Shown: positions 1-9,572 of the stretch, in pieces
Layout of the letters: every line of letters starts with the position of its first letter
How positions within the stretch are numbered: position 1 is the first letter of the stretch
Source of the DNA: Chthoniobacteraceae bacterium
Lineage (GTDB): Bacteria > Verrucomicrobiota > Verrucomicrobiia > Chthoniobacterales > Chthoniobacteraceae
DNA: 64,000 nt
Assembly: GCA_031409335.1 (NCBI GenBank)
Contig: JANNWY010000307.1
Span: forward strand, 32,001-96,000
Direction: 5' to 3'
Notes under the pieces: generated by a model
The model's input: only the letters and a program-made list of their open reading frames with translations
Database searches by the model: none
Told to the model about the DNA's origin: nothing
Made by a program: the position numbers and the translations under genes

Positions 1-2
1 CG

Positions 3-299
3 GGAGCGAGTGCGTGCATCTCTTTCCGACAGGATCCTGATGGAGAGTGCCTCCCAGGGCCGAACCTGCTCTCCGCCAGCCGACTGTGCGCCACAAACGA
101 CCCGGAATACTTGGAGATTTTTGGCCCAAGCGGATCGGTTCAGCGATGCAAGGAGCAATTCATTGAATCTGGCTTCAGTCCACGAAAACCCCTTCGCTTG
201 GATCCGACCAGTTTCTGGCGGGACGATACTGCCAAATCGGTTCACGGGCCGACCGATGTCTGTGTTATTTGGGTTTACCAGAATTCGCGCGCCGCCTAG
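3..299 (+). CDS. Possible 3' end of a hypothetical protein entering from the window edge
   Basis: Frame is open from position 3 to TAG at 297-299; lower GC than neighbouring genes; no recognisable motif. Confidence 0.25.
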   Translation, partial: GASACISFRQDPDGECLPGPNLLSASRLCATNDPEYLEIFGPSGSVQRCKEQFIESGFSPRKPLRLDPTSFWRDDTAKSVHGPTDVCVIWVYQNSRAA

Positions 300-460
300 C
301 CATCAGAGTTTCGCCTTTGTGGTTATGAAACGCCCCGAGCGCGTTTGCCACGCATTCCTGGTTCCTGCGGAAATGGGGATCGCGGGTCGCGTGGGACTGG
401 CGGTGCGCGAGGAGCGCGGCAAAGTAGTCAGCGACTTTATTTAGCCTAAATCCGGGGATG

Positions 461-602
461 GATGGCAAAAAGATTTGTGGCAAGAAGATGAATGGGAAGG
501 AATTGCGGCGAAAAAAGCGCCGCCCGGCACCACACCCGCTGGGTGAACGAGCCATGTCGGGCAACCTCTTCATCCCCATCTTTTTGCCAGCCATCTTTTT
601 GC
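461..602. repeat. Intergenic miniature inverted-repeat element with (TG)GCAAAAAGAT-unit arms
   Basis: Left arm GGCAAAAAGATTTGTGGCAAGAAGATG; right arm CATCTTTTTGCCAGCCATCTTTTTGC is its approximate reverse complement. Confidence 0.6.
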
Positions 603-652
603 AAAACTGCCGTTTCCAGGTTTAGTCGGCTAAACCGTGTCCACGTTTTGGA

Positions 653-672
653 CGACTGAAGTCGCGGGCTAC
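653..672 (-). repeat. Degenerate GTAG-type REP-like unit
   Basis: Reverse complement reads GTAGCCCGCGACTTCAGTCG (GTAG foot plus CGACT/AGTCG palindrome). Confidence 0.35.
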
Positions 673-760
673 TTTCCGTACCGACAAGGGAATCTCGCTT
701 CTCTGGCAAGGGCAGCCCGGCATCCCTGGCCAAGATCGAGCCGACGCAGCCTGCCAGGCG

Positions 761-1441
761 TTATGAAACTTTCGCGTAGAGACGGTCGTTGGCGTCGAGG
801 TCCTTGATGACCGTGCAGAGATAGACGGGCTCCGGGTGCAGGTCGCGGTATTTTGTGATCTCGGTCTTGTTCAGCACCTTGAAGCCGTAGCGCTCGAACA
901 TCTTCGTCCCGCGGCGGTCTTCAAAAACCACCATTTGCCCGAAGACGCGCCGCTCGCCATTTTCGCGCAGATATTTCAAATAGGAATCCGTGAGCGTCCG
1001 CGCGTTCGCCACGCTCCGCGCGTCGGCGAGGAGATTGATGTGAAAATGCGCCGTCCAGCGCGGCGCAGCGGGGACTTCGCGCCACGCCTGGCGCAGTATC
1101 CAATGGACGAATTTTTTCGAGGCGGCATTATAGCGCGGGTAGCGAAAGATGCCGCGCAGGAAGAGCGCGGCGTTGTTGTAGAGATTGTAAATCTGCTGGC
1201 GCAGCGGATGGCGCGAGCCGAGCAGGTAGCCGCGGATTTCGCCATTTACGAGCAGGACGAACGCCGACTCCGGCTCCCAATCGGTGTAGTAGGCCGAGAG
1301 ATAGTCGGCGAAGAGTTCGCGATCCTCGAAAACGGGGTCGATCGGCTTTCCCAGGAAGCCCGTCTCGCAGCACAGCTCGCGCACGCGGGCACGGTCTGCG
1401 GGTTGCAATTTGCGAATTTCGAAGCGTTTTTCTTCAGCCAT
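761..1441 (-). CDS. GNAT family N-acetyltransferase
   Basis: 226-aa ORF; EIRKLQPADRARVRELC N-terminus, GEIRGYLLG, AHFHINLL and FERYGF motifs typical of the GNAT fold. Confidence 0.8.
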   Translation of the reverse strand: MAEEKRFEIRKLQPADRARVRELCCETGFLGKPIDPVFEDRELFADYLSAYYTDWEPESAFVLLVNGEIRGYLLGSRHPLRQQIYNLYNNAALFLRGIFRYPRYNAASKKFVHWILRQAWREVPAAPRWTAHFHINLLADARSVANARTLTDSYLKYLRENGERRVFGQMVVFEDRRGTKMFERYGFKVLNKTEITKYRDLHPEPVYLCTVIKDLDANDRLYAKVS

Positions 1442-1444
1442 GGG

Positions 1445-2623
1445 TCAGGGACGGCGGTAGTTGTGGATGACTTCGCGATACAGGTCAAACAAGCGGCTGA
1501 AGACGCCGTCCCACGAAAACTGCGCGGCGATCTCCGCGTGCAGCCTGGCGGGATTTCCGCGCTCCTTTTCCCCGCTCATTTCTTCGATCGCGCGCGCCAG
1601 TGCCGCGGCCGTATTTTCCCGCGCCCAATGCATCTGTCCGCAGCGCACGATGCGATCCATGTAGCTGCCGCGAATGCCGACGACCGGCGTCCCGCACGCC
1701 TGCGCTTCCAGCGTCACGAGGCCGAAAGTCTCCTGCACGCCGGGATGCACGAAGAGATCGGCGGCGCGGTAGAGCGCGGCGAGTTTTGTCGGATCGGCGC
1801 AGTAGGAAAGGTGGGTGATTTGTGAAGGGTGATCGGTGATGAGTGATCGGAGATCCGAGCGTTGCAGGCCGTCGCCGACGACGAGCAGGTGAAAGCGATT
1901 CGCGTTTTCGCGGGCGAGGATGCGGCAGGCGTCGAACAGCGTGCATGTATTTTTTTCCTGCGCGAGCCGCCCGACATAGAGCAGCAGCGTGCGCCCGCGC
2001 GGGATCGCGAATTCCGCGCGCACATCCTCGCCCGGCTGCCGCTGTGGCTGGAAAATCGCCGCGTCCACGCCGAGATCGCTCAGCGCCACATTTCGCACGC
2101 CCCATTCCCCGAGCAGCGCGCCGAGCGGCGGCGACGGCACGATCGTGCGCTCGAAGCGATTGTAGAGACTGCGGATGTAGCGCCGGGAAACGTCCATGCA
2201 GAACTCCGTCACCGTCACGCCGAAAAATCTTCGCACCGTGCGGATGTAAGCCTCGGGAAAATGGGAGTGGTAAAACCCCACGACCGGAATTCCCAGCGCC
2301 GCCCCGGAATGCACCGCCTTCCACGCGCACTGATAGGGATCGCCCGATTCGATCAAATCCGGACACTCCTTCTCCAAAAGGCGCTCGATCGCCTCCAGCC
2401 GCAGCAGCACGCGATAGCGTGAAGTCCGCGAGATCAGCGGCGACGCGATGAAGTGCGTCCGCGAACGCTCCGCCACGATCGTCTCGTCCCGCTCGCCTGG
2501 CACGATCAGCACATGTTCATCGTCGTGCGTGCGTTCGCGAATGTGGCGCACCTTCTCCGCGACGTAGCACTTCACCCCGCCGCTCGCGGGCGAATAGAAC
2601 TGAGTGAGATCGCAGATTTTCAG
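1445..2623 (-). CDS. Glycosyltransferase family 4 (GT-B), probable CTG start
   Basis: LYVGRLAQEKN and ADLFVHPGVQETFGLVTLEAQACGTPVV motifs; typical N-terminus (L)KICDLTQFYSPASGGVK lies upstream of the ORF-track start, and an in-frame TAA lies 4 codons before the CTG at 2623. Confidence 0.85.
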   Translation of the reverse strand: MKICDLTQFYSPASGGVKCYVAEKVRHIRERTHDDEHVLIVPGERDETIVAERSRTHFIASPLISRTSRYRVLLRLEAIERLLEKECPDLIESGDPYQCAWKAVHSGAALGIPVVGFYHSHFPEAYIRTVRRFFGVTVTEFCMDVSRRYIRSLYNRFERTIVPSPPLGALLGEWGVRNVALSDLGVDAAIFQPQRQPGEDVRAEFAIPRGRTLLLYVGRLAQEKNTCTLFDACRILARENANRFHLLVVGDGLQRSDLRSLITDHPSQITHLSYCADPTKLAALYRAADLFVHPGVQETFGLVTLEAQACGTPVVGIRGSYMDRIVRCGQMHWARENTAAALARAIEEMSGEKERGNPARLHAEIAAQFSWDGVFSRLFDLYREVIHNYRRP

Positions 2624-2663
2624 AGCGGCCGGTTATCGTGCCCGGTGTCCGGCGTGGCGAGCG

Positions 2664-2744
2664 CCAAGGAGCGGCGATTTCCGAATCGCCGACCGGATCA
2701 AAGCGCGGCGCGCGTTCGGCGATTCGGAAATCGCCGCTCCTTGG
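2664..2744. repeat. REP doublet (REPIN-like) perfect 29-bp inverted repeat
   Basis: CCAAGGAGCGGCGATTTCCGAATCGCCGA (2664-2692) and its exact reverse complement (2716-2744); each arm is itself a GGCGATT/AATCGCC hairpin with a GGAG foot. Confidence 0.85.
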
Positions 2745-2785
2745 AGGTTGCGCTGCGTGTGCCCGACCGCCAAAACGTCCTCCTG

Positions 2786-3718
2786 ATGAAAACCCGCCGG
2801 CTCGGCCAGACCGATCTTCAACTTCCCATCCTCAGCTTCGGCGCATCGTCGCTCGGCGCGGAATTCCGCAACGTCACCGTCGATGAAGCGCTCGCCAGCG
2901 TCCGCGTCGCGCTGGAGTGCGGGCTGAACTTCATCGACACCTCGCCATTTTACGGACGCGGCATGAGCGAGCTGCTGCTCGGTGTGGCGCTGAAAGGTGT
3001 GCCGCGCGAGAGCTACACGCTTTGCACCAAAGTGGGCCGCTACGATTTGCCGCACTTCGATTTTTCCGCGAAGCGAATGGCCGAAAGCGTGGACGTATCG
3101 CTGCACCGGCTCGGCACGGATCACCTCGACATCGTGCTCTGCCACGACATCGAATTCGTGCCGATGCAGCAGATCGTGGATGAGACAATCCCGGCGCTGA
3201 AAAAAATCCGGCAGGCCGGGAAAGTCCGCTACATCGGCTTCTCCGGGTATCCGCAGAATATCTTCCGCTTCATTTGCGAGCAGACGGATGTGGACTGCGT
3301 GCTGAGCTACAATCAATACACGCTGCAAAACACGCGCTTCGCCGATGAGACGATTCCGTATTTGAAAACGAAAGGCGTTGGCGCGATGAACGCCGGACCG
3401 TTCAGCGCGCGACTGCTCACCAATGCGCCGCTGCCCGCGTGGCTGAAGGAGCCCGAAAGCGTGAAAGCCGCCGCCCGCACCGCTGCCGCGCACTGCGCGA
3501 ACAAGGGCGTGGATATCGCCAAACTCGCGCTGCAATACAGCCTCGCAAACGAAGACATCGCGACCACGATTTCCGGCAGCGCAAATCCGAACAACATCCG
3601 CAACTGGGCAAAGTGGGCCGCAGAGCCGATCGACCACGAGCTGCTCGCGGAAGTGCTGGAGATTTTCGCGCCGGTAAAAAATCTCGGGCACGCCGAAGGG
3701 CTGGCGGAGAACAACTGA
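2786..3718 (+). CDS. Aldo/keto reductase (L-galactose/L-fucose dehydrogenase-like)
   Basis: MKTRRLGQT...LSFGASSLG, GLNFIDTSPFYG, CTKVGRY, DIVLCHD, GKVRYIGFSG motifs; ATG at 2786. Confidence 0.88.
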   Translation: MKTRRLGQTDLQLPILSFGASSLGAEFRNVTVDEALASVRVALECGLNFIDTSPFYGRGMSELLLGVALKGVPRESYTLCTKVGRYDLPHFDFSAKRMAESVDVSLHRLGTDHLDIVLCHDIEFVPMQQIVDETIPALKKIRQAGKVRYIGFSGYPQNIFRFICEQTDVDCVLSYNQYTLQNTRFADETIPYLKTKGVGAMNAGPFSARLLTNAPLPAWLKEPESVKAAARTAAAHCANKGVDIAKLALQYSLANEDIATTISGSANPNNIRNWAKWAAEPIDHELLAEVLEIFAPVKNLGHAEGLAENN

Positions 3719-3724
3719 CGCAGA

Positions 3725-4810
3725 ATGAAAATTGGCCTCGTTCGCCGCGGCTATTCCGCGACTGGCGGCGCGGAGGCATATCTGCGGCGGTTTGCGGAGG
3801 CGGCAGTTGTGGAGGGACACGAGTGCGTGCTTTTCGCGGATGGCGAGTGGGCGGAGTGGGAGGAAGAACGCGTGCGCCTCGCGGGCGGATCGCCGCGGAG
3901 ATTTGCCGACGCACTCGCGGCATTGCGGCCCCGCGAAAAGTGCGATTTCCTGTTCAGCCTCGAGCGGGTTTGGCAGTGCGACGCGTATCGCGCGGGCGAT
4001 GGCGTCCATGCGGCGTGGCTGGCGCGGCGTGCGGCGTTCGAGCCCGTCTGGCGCGGGTTCTTCCGCCGTTTCAGCGGGAAACATCGCGCGCTTTTGGAAA
4101 TCGAACGCGCGCTCTTTTCGCCGGGCGGCGCAGCGGTCGTGATCGCAAATTCCAAATGGATCAAGCGCGAGATCGAGCAGCATTTCGGATTTCCGCCGGA
4201 ACGCGTCCGCGTCGTTTACAACGGCGTGCCCGCGTTCACCCCGCCACCCGATGCGCGTGCGGACGTGCGCCGGGAACTCGGGCTCGGAGCGGAGGATTAC
4301 GTCCTGCTTTTCGCCGGCTCCGGCTGGGATCGCAAAGGGCTGCGCTTTGCGATCGACGCGGTGAATGCGAGCGCTTCGCGGCCGACGCTGCTGGTCGCGG
4401 GCCGGGGAAAGCCGGAGTCGATGCCGCGCTCGGATCGGGTGCGTTTTCTCGGCCCGGTTTCCGAAATGCCGCGCACGCTGGCTGCTGCGGATGCATTCGT
4501 GCTGCCGACGCTGTACGAGCCTTTTTCCAACGCCTGCCTCGAAGCAATCGCGGCCGGCCTGCCCGTGCTGACCACCGAACACAATGGCTTCGCCGAAATC
4601 ATCGAACGCGGCATCGAGGGCGAAATCTTTGCCGATCCGCGCGACACCGCCGCGCTCGCCGCGGGCATCGATCGCTGGGCGGATGCCGCGCGCCGGGCCG
4701 GGGTGCGTCCGCGTTTGCTGGAGAAAGCGGCGCGTTTCACGATCGCGGAGAACGTGCGATCGACGCTGGCGATTATCGAAAGTCAGCGTCACACTGCGCA
4801 TCCCGAATGA
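3725..4810 (+). CDS. Glycosyltransferase family 4 (WaaG/RfaG-like LPS core transferase)
   Basis: YSATGGAE, YRAGDGVH, RKGL and ADAFVLPTLYEPFSNACLEA motifs. Confidence 0.85.
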   Translation: MKIGLVRRGYSATGGAEAYLRRFAEAAVVEGHECVLFADGEWAEWEEERVRLAGGSPRRFADALAALRPREKCDFLFSLERVWQCDAYRAGDGVHAAWLARRAAFEPVWRGFFRRFSGKHRALLEIERALFSPGGAAVVIANSKWIKREIEQHFGFPPERVRVVYNGVPAFTPPPDARADVRRELGLGAEDYVLLFAGSGWDRKGLRFAIDAVNASASRPTLLVAGRGKPESMPRSDRVRFLGPVSEMPRTLAAADAFVLPTLYEPFSNACLEAIAAGLPVLTTEHNGFAEIIERGIEGEIFADPRDTAALAAGIDRWADAARRAGVRPRLLEKAARFTIAENVRSTLAIIESQRHTAHPE

Positions 4811-5418
4811 TCACGCTCGCGATCGAAACCTCCACGCCGCGCGGCAGCGTCGCGGTCTTCGCGTATGGCGAAGTCGTTTTCGACGAATCCTTCACCGCCG
4901 ACCGCAGCCACAGTGCCACCCTGTTCGCCTCGCTGGAACGGGCGCGCGCCTGCACGCATCGGATTCACCAGGTCGCCGTCGGCCTCGGTCCCGGCTCCTA
5001 CGCCGGCGTGCGCATCGCCATTGCGGCGGCGCTCGGGTTTGACATGGCGCTCGGCGCGAAAGTGGTCGGCCTGCCTTCCATCATTGCGGCGGATATCGAT
5101 TCGCCGGAGTATCTCGCGATCGGCGACGCGCGCCGGGAGACTTTCTATTTCTCGCGGGTGCTGAATCACGTGTGCGTGGACGGGCCTCGTCTCGTGGCCG
5201 AAGGCGAACTGCGCGAGTTGCTGGAAACGTTTCCGACCCAGCCCTGTTTCACCGGCGCCCCGCTCGCCGCCTTTCCCAGCGTGCAAGTGCTCCCGCCATC
5301 GGCGGTCGTGCTGGCAAAGCTCGCAGCGGAGGGCATCGGCATCGTGGCAACCGGCGATCTCGAGCCGATCTATTTGCGCGAGGCGCACATCACGGTGCCG
5401 AAGTCGCAAGTGATATAG
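4807..5418 (+). CDS. tsaB: tRNA threonylcarbamoyladenosine biosynthesis protein TsaB
   Basis: LAIETST, HS, VGLGPGSYAGVRI, DARR and EPIYLR motifs; ATGA overlap with the upstream gene. Confidence 0.92.
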   Translation: MITLAIETSTPRGSVAVFAYGEVVFDESFTADRSHSATLFASLERARACTHRIHQVAVGLGPGSYAGVRIAIAAALGFDMALGAKVVGLPSIIAADIDSPEYLAIGDARRETFYFSRVLNHVCVDGPRLVAEGELRELLETFPTQPCFTGAPLAAFPSVQVLPPSAVVLAKLAAEGIGIVATGDLEPIYLREAHITVPKSQVI

Positions 5419-5446
5419 CAGGCTGCTAAAAAAACCGCAGGGCAGG

Positions 5447-5547
5447 CTCCCACTCTTGATCCTGATCCTGATCTTTGATCCCAATCCGAGAGCCGCTTGC
5501 TCTGCCGACGGCGGATCAAGAGCAAGAGCAGGATCAAGAGTCCGGAG
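5447..5547. repeat. Miniature inverted-repeat element with hexamer-repeat arms between convergent genes
   Basis: CTCCCACTCTTGATCCTGATCCTGATCTTTGATCC (5447-5481) pairs with GGATCAAGAGCAAGAGCAGGATCAAGAGTCCGGAG (5513-5547). Confidence 0.7.
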
Positions 5548-5577
5548 TTGGAATCCGCGACTTCTTCGACACGCGCT

Positions 5578-7749
5578 TTAATCCGCCGCGTCCCGCGCAT
5601 ACCTCGCCAGCCAGCGATCCACCGCGCGCTGCGCTTCACTCCATGCGGTGACGGCGCGGGTGCTGCGAAATCTCACGCGCGCCATTTCGCCGATCGAAAA
5701 TCCGGGTGCCGCATCGAGCCGCGCGATGGCGGTGAAATGCGGACGCGCGAGTTCGAATTGCTCGGTCATCTTTTCCTCCTGCGACGAATCCGATTCCGTG
5801 CGGCGCAGCGCGAGCGGACCACCCGCGACGGCGGTGAGCGCGGGATGCACGAGGCTGCGCGATGCCCGCGCCTCGACCCGCGTGAGCGTCGCTGGAAAAT
5901 TGCCGCCGCGCCCCGCGATGCGCACTTTCACCGGCTGCTGAAAAGCGGTGCGGAAATGCGGCTCCTGCTCCTCGCTCACGGCGATCTTCACTTCGCTGCC
6001 ATCGACGCTGCCGAGCTGCATCATTTCATCGCCCGGTTGGAAAAACGCGCCCGCCATTTGCGCGAGCTGGCGGTTCGTGACGCGGCCCGCGAAAGGCGCG
6101 CGGATCTGCAGCGTGGCGGTGTAGCTTTCGTGATTCGCGACCACCTTCGTCAGCGCATCGACTTTCGATTTCTCGGCCTGAAATGCGGCGACATCCCCGC
6201 TCGCGTAAGCGACGCGCGAGCGGAGTTCCTGCTGCGCGAGGCCGATCCGGCTGCGCGATAGATTCGAGGTGGCCTCATCGTTGCGGAGTTCGACGAGGAG
6301 CTGCCCTTGGCCCACCGCGTCGCCATCGCTGACGTGAATTTTTTCCACGAACCCGGCGCACTCCGCGCGCAGCACGCGCGTCTCCGCCAGCTCGACCACG
6401 CCGGGGCTCGAAACGGACCGGTGAAACGGAACGAACAGCGCGGCGGCGATGACCGCCAGCGCGATGCCGCCGCGCACGGCAAGCGTGCGCCATCTTCCAC
6501 CACCCGAGCCGACGCCGCTCGCGAGCGATTCCACGAAGCGCCACAGCGGCAGCGCCGTCCAGCCGATCGCGGCGACGATCGCGAGCAGCAGCCCGCCGCC
6601 GCGCAGCGCCACGCTCGCGCCGACGAGCAGACTGGCGATCATCAGCATTTGCCAGAGCCACGCGGCCACGCCGTAGATCGCGACGATCCAGTCTTCGCGC
6701 GTGATGAGCGGCTTCGGCTTTTGTCCGCGCGCACCGAGCAGCAGCCAGCCCGCCGCGCGCCCGAACCAGCCGCGTCCGCGCGTGGCGAGGTTTGGGATTT
6801 CGAGCAGGTCGCCGAGGATGAAATAGCCGTCGAAACGCATCAGCGGATTGGCGTTGAAAAAAAGCGTGAGCGCCGTGCCGGTGACAATGACGTTGTGCGC
6901 GACTGTATTCAGCGCGCCATCGCCGGTGCGCGACCAGACGACGGCAGCGATCGCGGCGAGAAAAAACTCCGCGTAAAGCCCGGCGGCGGCGACCATGATG
7001 CGGCGCCACTTCGACGGCAGGCCGAGGCTCGCGGTGGCATCGACGTAACCCATCGGCACGAAGACGACGAAGATCGCGCCGATCTCGCGCACGGCGGCGC
7101 CGAAGTGTTTGCAGAAAACGCCGTGCGACAGCTCGTGGACGATTTTCAAAACCGCCCAGACGAGGAACAGCCACAGCCAGTTGTCGCGCGAAAAGATGCC
7201 CTCAAACCCGCGCGCAAATCGCGGCCAATCCATCAGCAGATGCGCCGCGCCGATCAGCACGACGGCGAGCCAGATGAAAAATCCGAACCCGCCAAGCACG
7301 GGTCGCAGCATCGGCTCGATCGCGGTGAAAAAGCGGTCTGGTCGCGCGAGCGGGAGCTTGAGCACGAGCGGATTCAGCCACGTCGCCGCCCAGCGCAGCG
7401 TGCGCTCGGCGTGTTCGCGGTCGCTGCCGCTGCGCGCGCTTTCCACCGCGAGCAAATGATTGTCCTTCAGCCAGCGCAGCATGTGCAGCGCCTCGCCTTC
7501 GGTGAAGGCTTCGCCGCCGCCATCGCGCGCGAGTTGCGCCACGATCGCGGCCATCGTGCGCGAGCCATCGAGCGCGCGGAGGAAATTGTATTCCTCGATG
7601 CCGACCCGGTGAAAACGCGAAGCGTGCGAATCCTCAATGACACAAACCCGCCGCCCACTTTGCTCCTGAATGGAAAACCGCAACCCATCGCGCAAGCGCG
7701 GACGCAGCATTTCGATCTCGCGAACGGAACGATTTTCAGCGGCGCTCAT
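5578..7749 (-). CDS. Site-2 (M50) zinc metalloprotease fused to HlyD-like membrane-fusion domain, with PqqD-like N-terminus
   Basis: HELSH in a hydrophobic segment, NANPLMRFDG, multiple TM helices, C-terminal lipoyl-like GFVEKIHVSDGDAVGQGQLL / IRAPFAGRV; TAATG coupling to the upstream gene. Confidence 0.85.
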   Translation of the reverse strand: MSAAENRSVREIEMLRPRLRDGLRFSIQEQSGRRVCVIEDSHASRFHRVGIEEYNFLRALDGSRTMAAIVAQLARDGGGEAFTEGEALHMLRWLKDNHLLAVESARSGSDREHAERTLRWAATWLNPLVLKLPLARPDRFFTAIEPMLRPVLGGFGFFIWLAVVLIGAAHLLMDWPRFARGFEGIFSRDNWLWLFLVWAVLKIVHELSHGVFCKHFGAAVREIGAIFVVFVPMGYVDATASLGLPSKWRRIMVAAAGLYAEFFLAAIAAVVWSRTGDGALNTVAHNVIVTGTALTLFFNANPLMRFDGYFILGDLLEIPNLATRGRGWFGRAAGWLLLGARGQKPKPLITREDWIVAIYGVAAWLWQMLMIASLLVGASVALRGGGLLLAIVAAIGWTALPLWRFVESLASGVGSGGGRWRTLAVRGGIALAVIAAALFVPFHRSVSSPGVVELAETRVLRAECAGFVEKIHVSDGDAVGQGQLLVELRNDEATSNLSRSRIGLAQQELRSRVAYASGDVAAFQAEKSKVDALTKVVANHESYTATLQIRAPFAGRVTNRQLAQMAGAFFQPGDEMMQLGSVDGSEVKIAVSEEQEPHFRTAFQQPVKVRIAGRGGNFPATLTRVEARASRSLVHPALTAVAGGPLALRRTESDSSQEEKMTEQFELARPHFTAIARLDAAPGFSIGEMARVRFRSTRAVTAWSEAQRAVDRWLARYARDAAD

Positions 7750-9572
7750 TACCAAAAGAGCGTCTCGACGACGAAATCCCAGAAACGGTGGCCGATGATC
7801 CAGGCGAGCGGGCGGCGGTCGCTTTCGATGACGGCGCGGCCGCGCATTCCGGGGCGGAGTTCGCGGCCGGTTTTGTTTTCGAGGGCGGCTTCGCCGACGA
7901 AGACGTTGCGCCCGTCGCGCTGCTCGGATTGCGGGTGGAGTTTTGCGATGGTGGTCGTCCAGCGCTCTCCGGCAAAGGATTCCAGGCGCACGCTGACGGG
8001 CTGCGCGGCGCGGACGCGGCTGACTTCGCGATCGGGCACGTCGATTTCGACGATCATTTCATCGAGCGGCGCGATTTCAAAAAGCACCTGGCCCTGCTGC
8101 ACGGGCTGGCCTTCGCTGCGCCGCAGATCGCCCGCGACGACGACGCCGGCGAGCGGCGATTTGACGGCGAGCAGCGCGATTTTTCGCTGCACGAGTTCGA
8201 GTTCCTGGCTGAGGCTTTGCACTTCAAAATTCGCGACCTGCGCGGCGGCGGGATCGGCGCCGGTGCCGTCGTTGCTCATCGCTTTGTCGCGCTGTTTCAC
8301 GGCCCGTTCGCGGCTGGCGGTGAGTTCGGCTTCCTTGAGTTTGAGATCGCGATTGTCCATCTCGGCGAGCAGATGCCCAGCGGTGACGCGGTCGCCGGGC
8401 TGAACGAAACTTTTTTGCAACTGCCCCTGAAATGGCGCGGCGATCACGCGCTTCACGGTGGGCGCGAGCCGGCAGTTGGCTTTGATGGAATAGTGAAACG
8501 GCCACGCGAGCAGGGCGGCGGCGGCAGCAGCGGCGGCGATGAGCGCGATGCGGCGGTTCGCGCCGGCCTTGCTCCACGCGCGGCGCGCGGAAAAGGCGAC
8601 GGCGTTTGGCCGCGCGCGCTCGACGAGATCGAACAGCACGGGGGCGAACGGCGCGGCGGCATCGACGAGGCGGCCTTGCGCCGGGGTCGGCGCTTCGTTC
8701 CACTCGATCAAAAGCGCGCCGCCGTCGCGCGGCAGCGGCAGCGTGGTGATTTTCGCGGCGGCGGTCTGCGCGACGAGCATTTCGTGCGCGACGGTGTCGC
8801 GCGATTTCGGATCGGCGGCGGAAAAATCGACGCGCTTTTCCGCGATCAGCGACTCGGCCATCGCGGCCTCGAAGGGATGATGCGCGGGGCTTTTGGCATC
8901 GACTCTGCCGACGCCGGAAATCGCGCGGACATGCAGCGAGCCGCGCTTTTTCACACCGAGGAAAACGCGGGCGCAGCCGAGGTAATCGCGGAGGTCATCG
9001 ACGGCCATGCGGCAGGATTTTTCAAAGTCGAGTTCGCCGCCCGCGCGGCGGAAAATATCGAGCAGGGTCGAGGTGCGTTCGAGGATCCAGCCGAGCTCCT
9101 GCGTGGCGACGCGCTGCTCGCGGTAGAGGAGGTATCCGGCGCAGGTTTGGAGCAGGACGAGGAAGGCCTGCACGTCGCGCGGATTTGGGATGGTGAGCTG
9201 TGCGATGAGCCAGTAGAGCGGCGCGTTTTCGCGGCGCACGGGCACGCCGAGCGTCCATCCATCCGCGCCGAGATCGGGCGCGGGGAGGACGTTCGCCTTG
9301 CTGGAATCCAGCGAGGCGGCGACCGACGCGAGGCTGCTGGCGAGCACGCCACGCGTCGTCACCACGCAACTCGCGAGGCCCGGCTGGTTGGCGAATGGCA
9401 GCAGCGCGAGGGCGCGGGCATTGAGCAGCGCGCGCAGGAATTCGAGCAGCGGGCGGAGTTCGCCGCCGTCTTTTTCCACGAGCGCGGCGAGTTGCGCTTG
9501 CAGCGATTGCGCATCCGGGGCGGCGGTGTCCGCGGTTGTGGAAAGTGGGGATGTCTGGCCGGTCGTCATCAA
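7749..9572 (-). CDS. GAF-like domain / HlyD-family periplasmic adaptor
   Basis: N-terminal GAF-like region (LRDYLGCARVFLG...VRAISG), one TM helix, IAAPFQGQLQKSFVQPGDRV, coiled coil, VKSPLAGVVV and LRPGMRG. Confidence 0.82.
   Translation of the reverse strand: MMTTGQTSPLSTTADTAAPDAQSLQAQLAALVEKDGGELRPLLEFLRALLNARALALLPFANQPGLASCVVTTRGVLASSLASVAASLDSSKANVLPAPDLGADGWTLGVPVRRENAPLYWLIAQLTIPNPRDVQAFLVLLQTCAGYLLYREQRVATQELGWILERTSTLLDIFRRAGGELDFEKSCRMAVDDLRDYLGCARVFLGVKKRGSLHVRAISGVGRVDAKSPAHHPFEAAMAESLIAEKRVDFSAADPKSRDTVAHEMLVAQTAAAKITTLPLPRDGGALLIEWNEAPTPAQGRLVDAAAPFAPVLFDLVERARPNAVAFSARRAWSKAGANRRIALIAAAAAAAALLAWPFHYSIKANCRLAPTVKRVIAAPFQGQLQKSFVQPGDRVTAGHLLAEMDNRDLKLKEAELTASRERAVKQRDKAMSNDGTGADPAAAQVANFEVQSLSQELELVQRKIALLAVKSPLAGVVVAGDLRRSEGQPVQQGQVLFEIAPLDEMIVEIDVPDREVSRVRAAQPVSVRLESFAGERWTTTIAKLHPQSEQRDGRNVFVGEAALENKTGRELRPGMRGRAVIESDRRPLAWIIGHRFWDFVVETLFW

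Noticed and set aside
265..444. Possible gene fragment on the minus strand (VADYFAALLAHRQSHATRDPHFRRNQ)
   Set aside because: Looks protein-like but could not be assigned to any family
3439..4806. N-terminal extension of the 659-aa ORF containing TsaB
   Set aside because: Out-of-frame overlap with real genes; TsaB starts at ATG 4807
5418..5575. Outer IS-like terminal repeats (GCAGGCTGCTAAAAAA ... TTCTTCGACACGC)
   Set aside because: Match too degenerate and no transposase present; only the inner inverted repeat is reported
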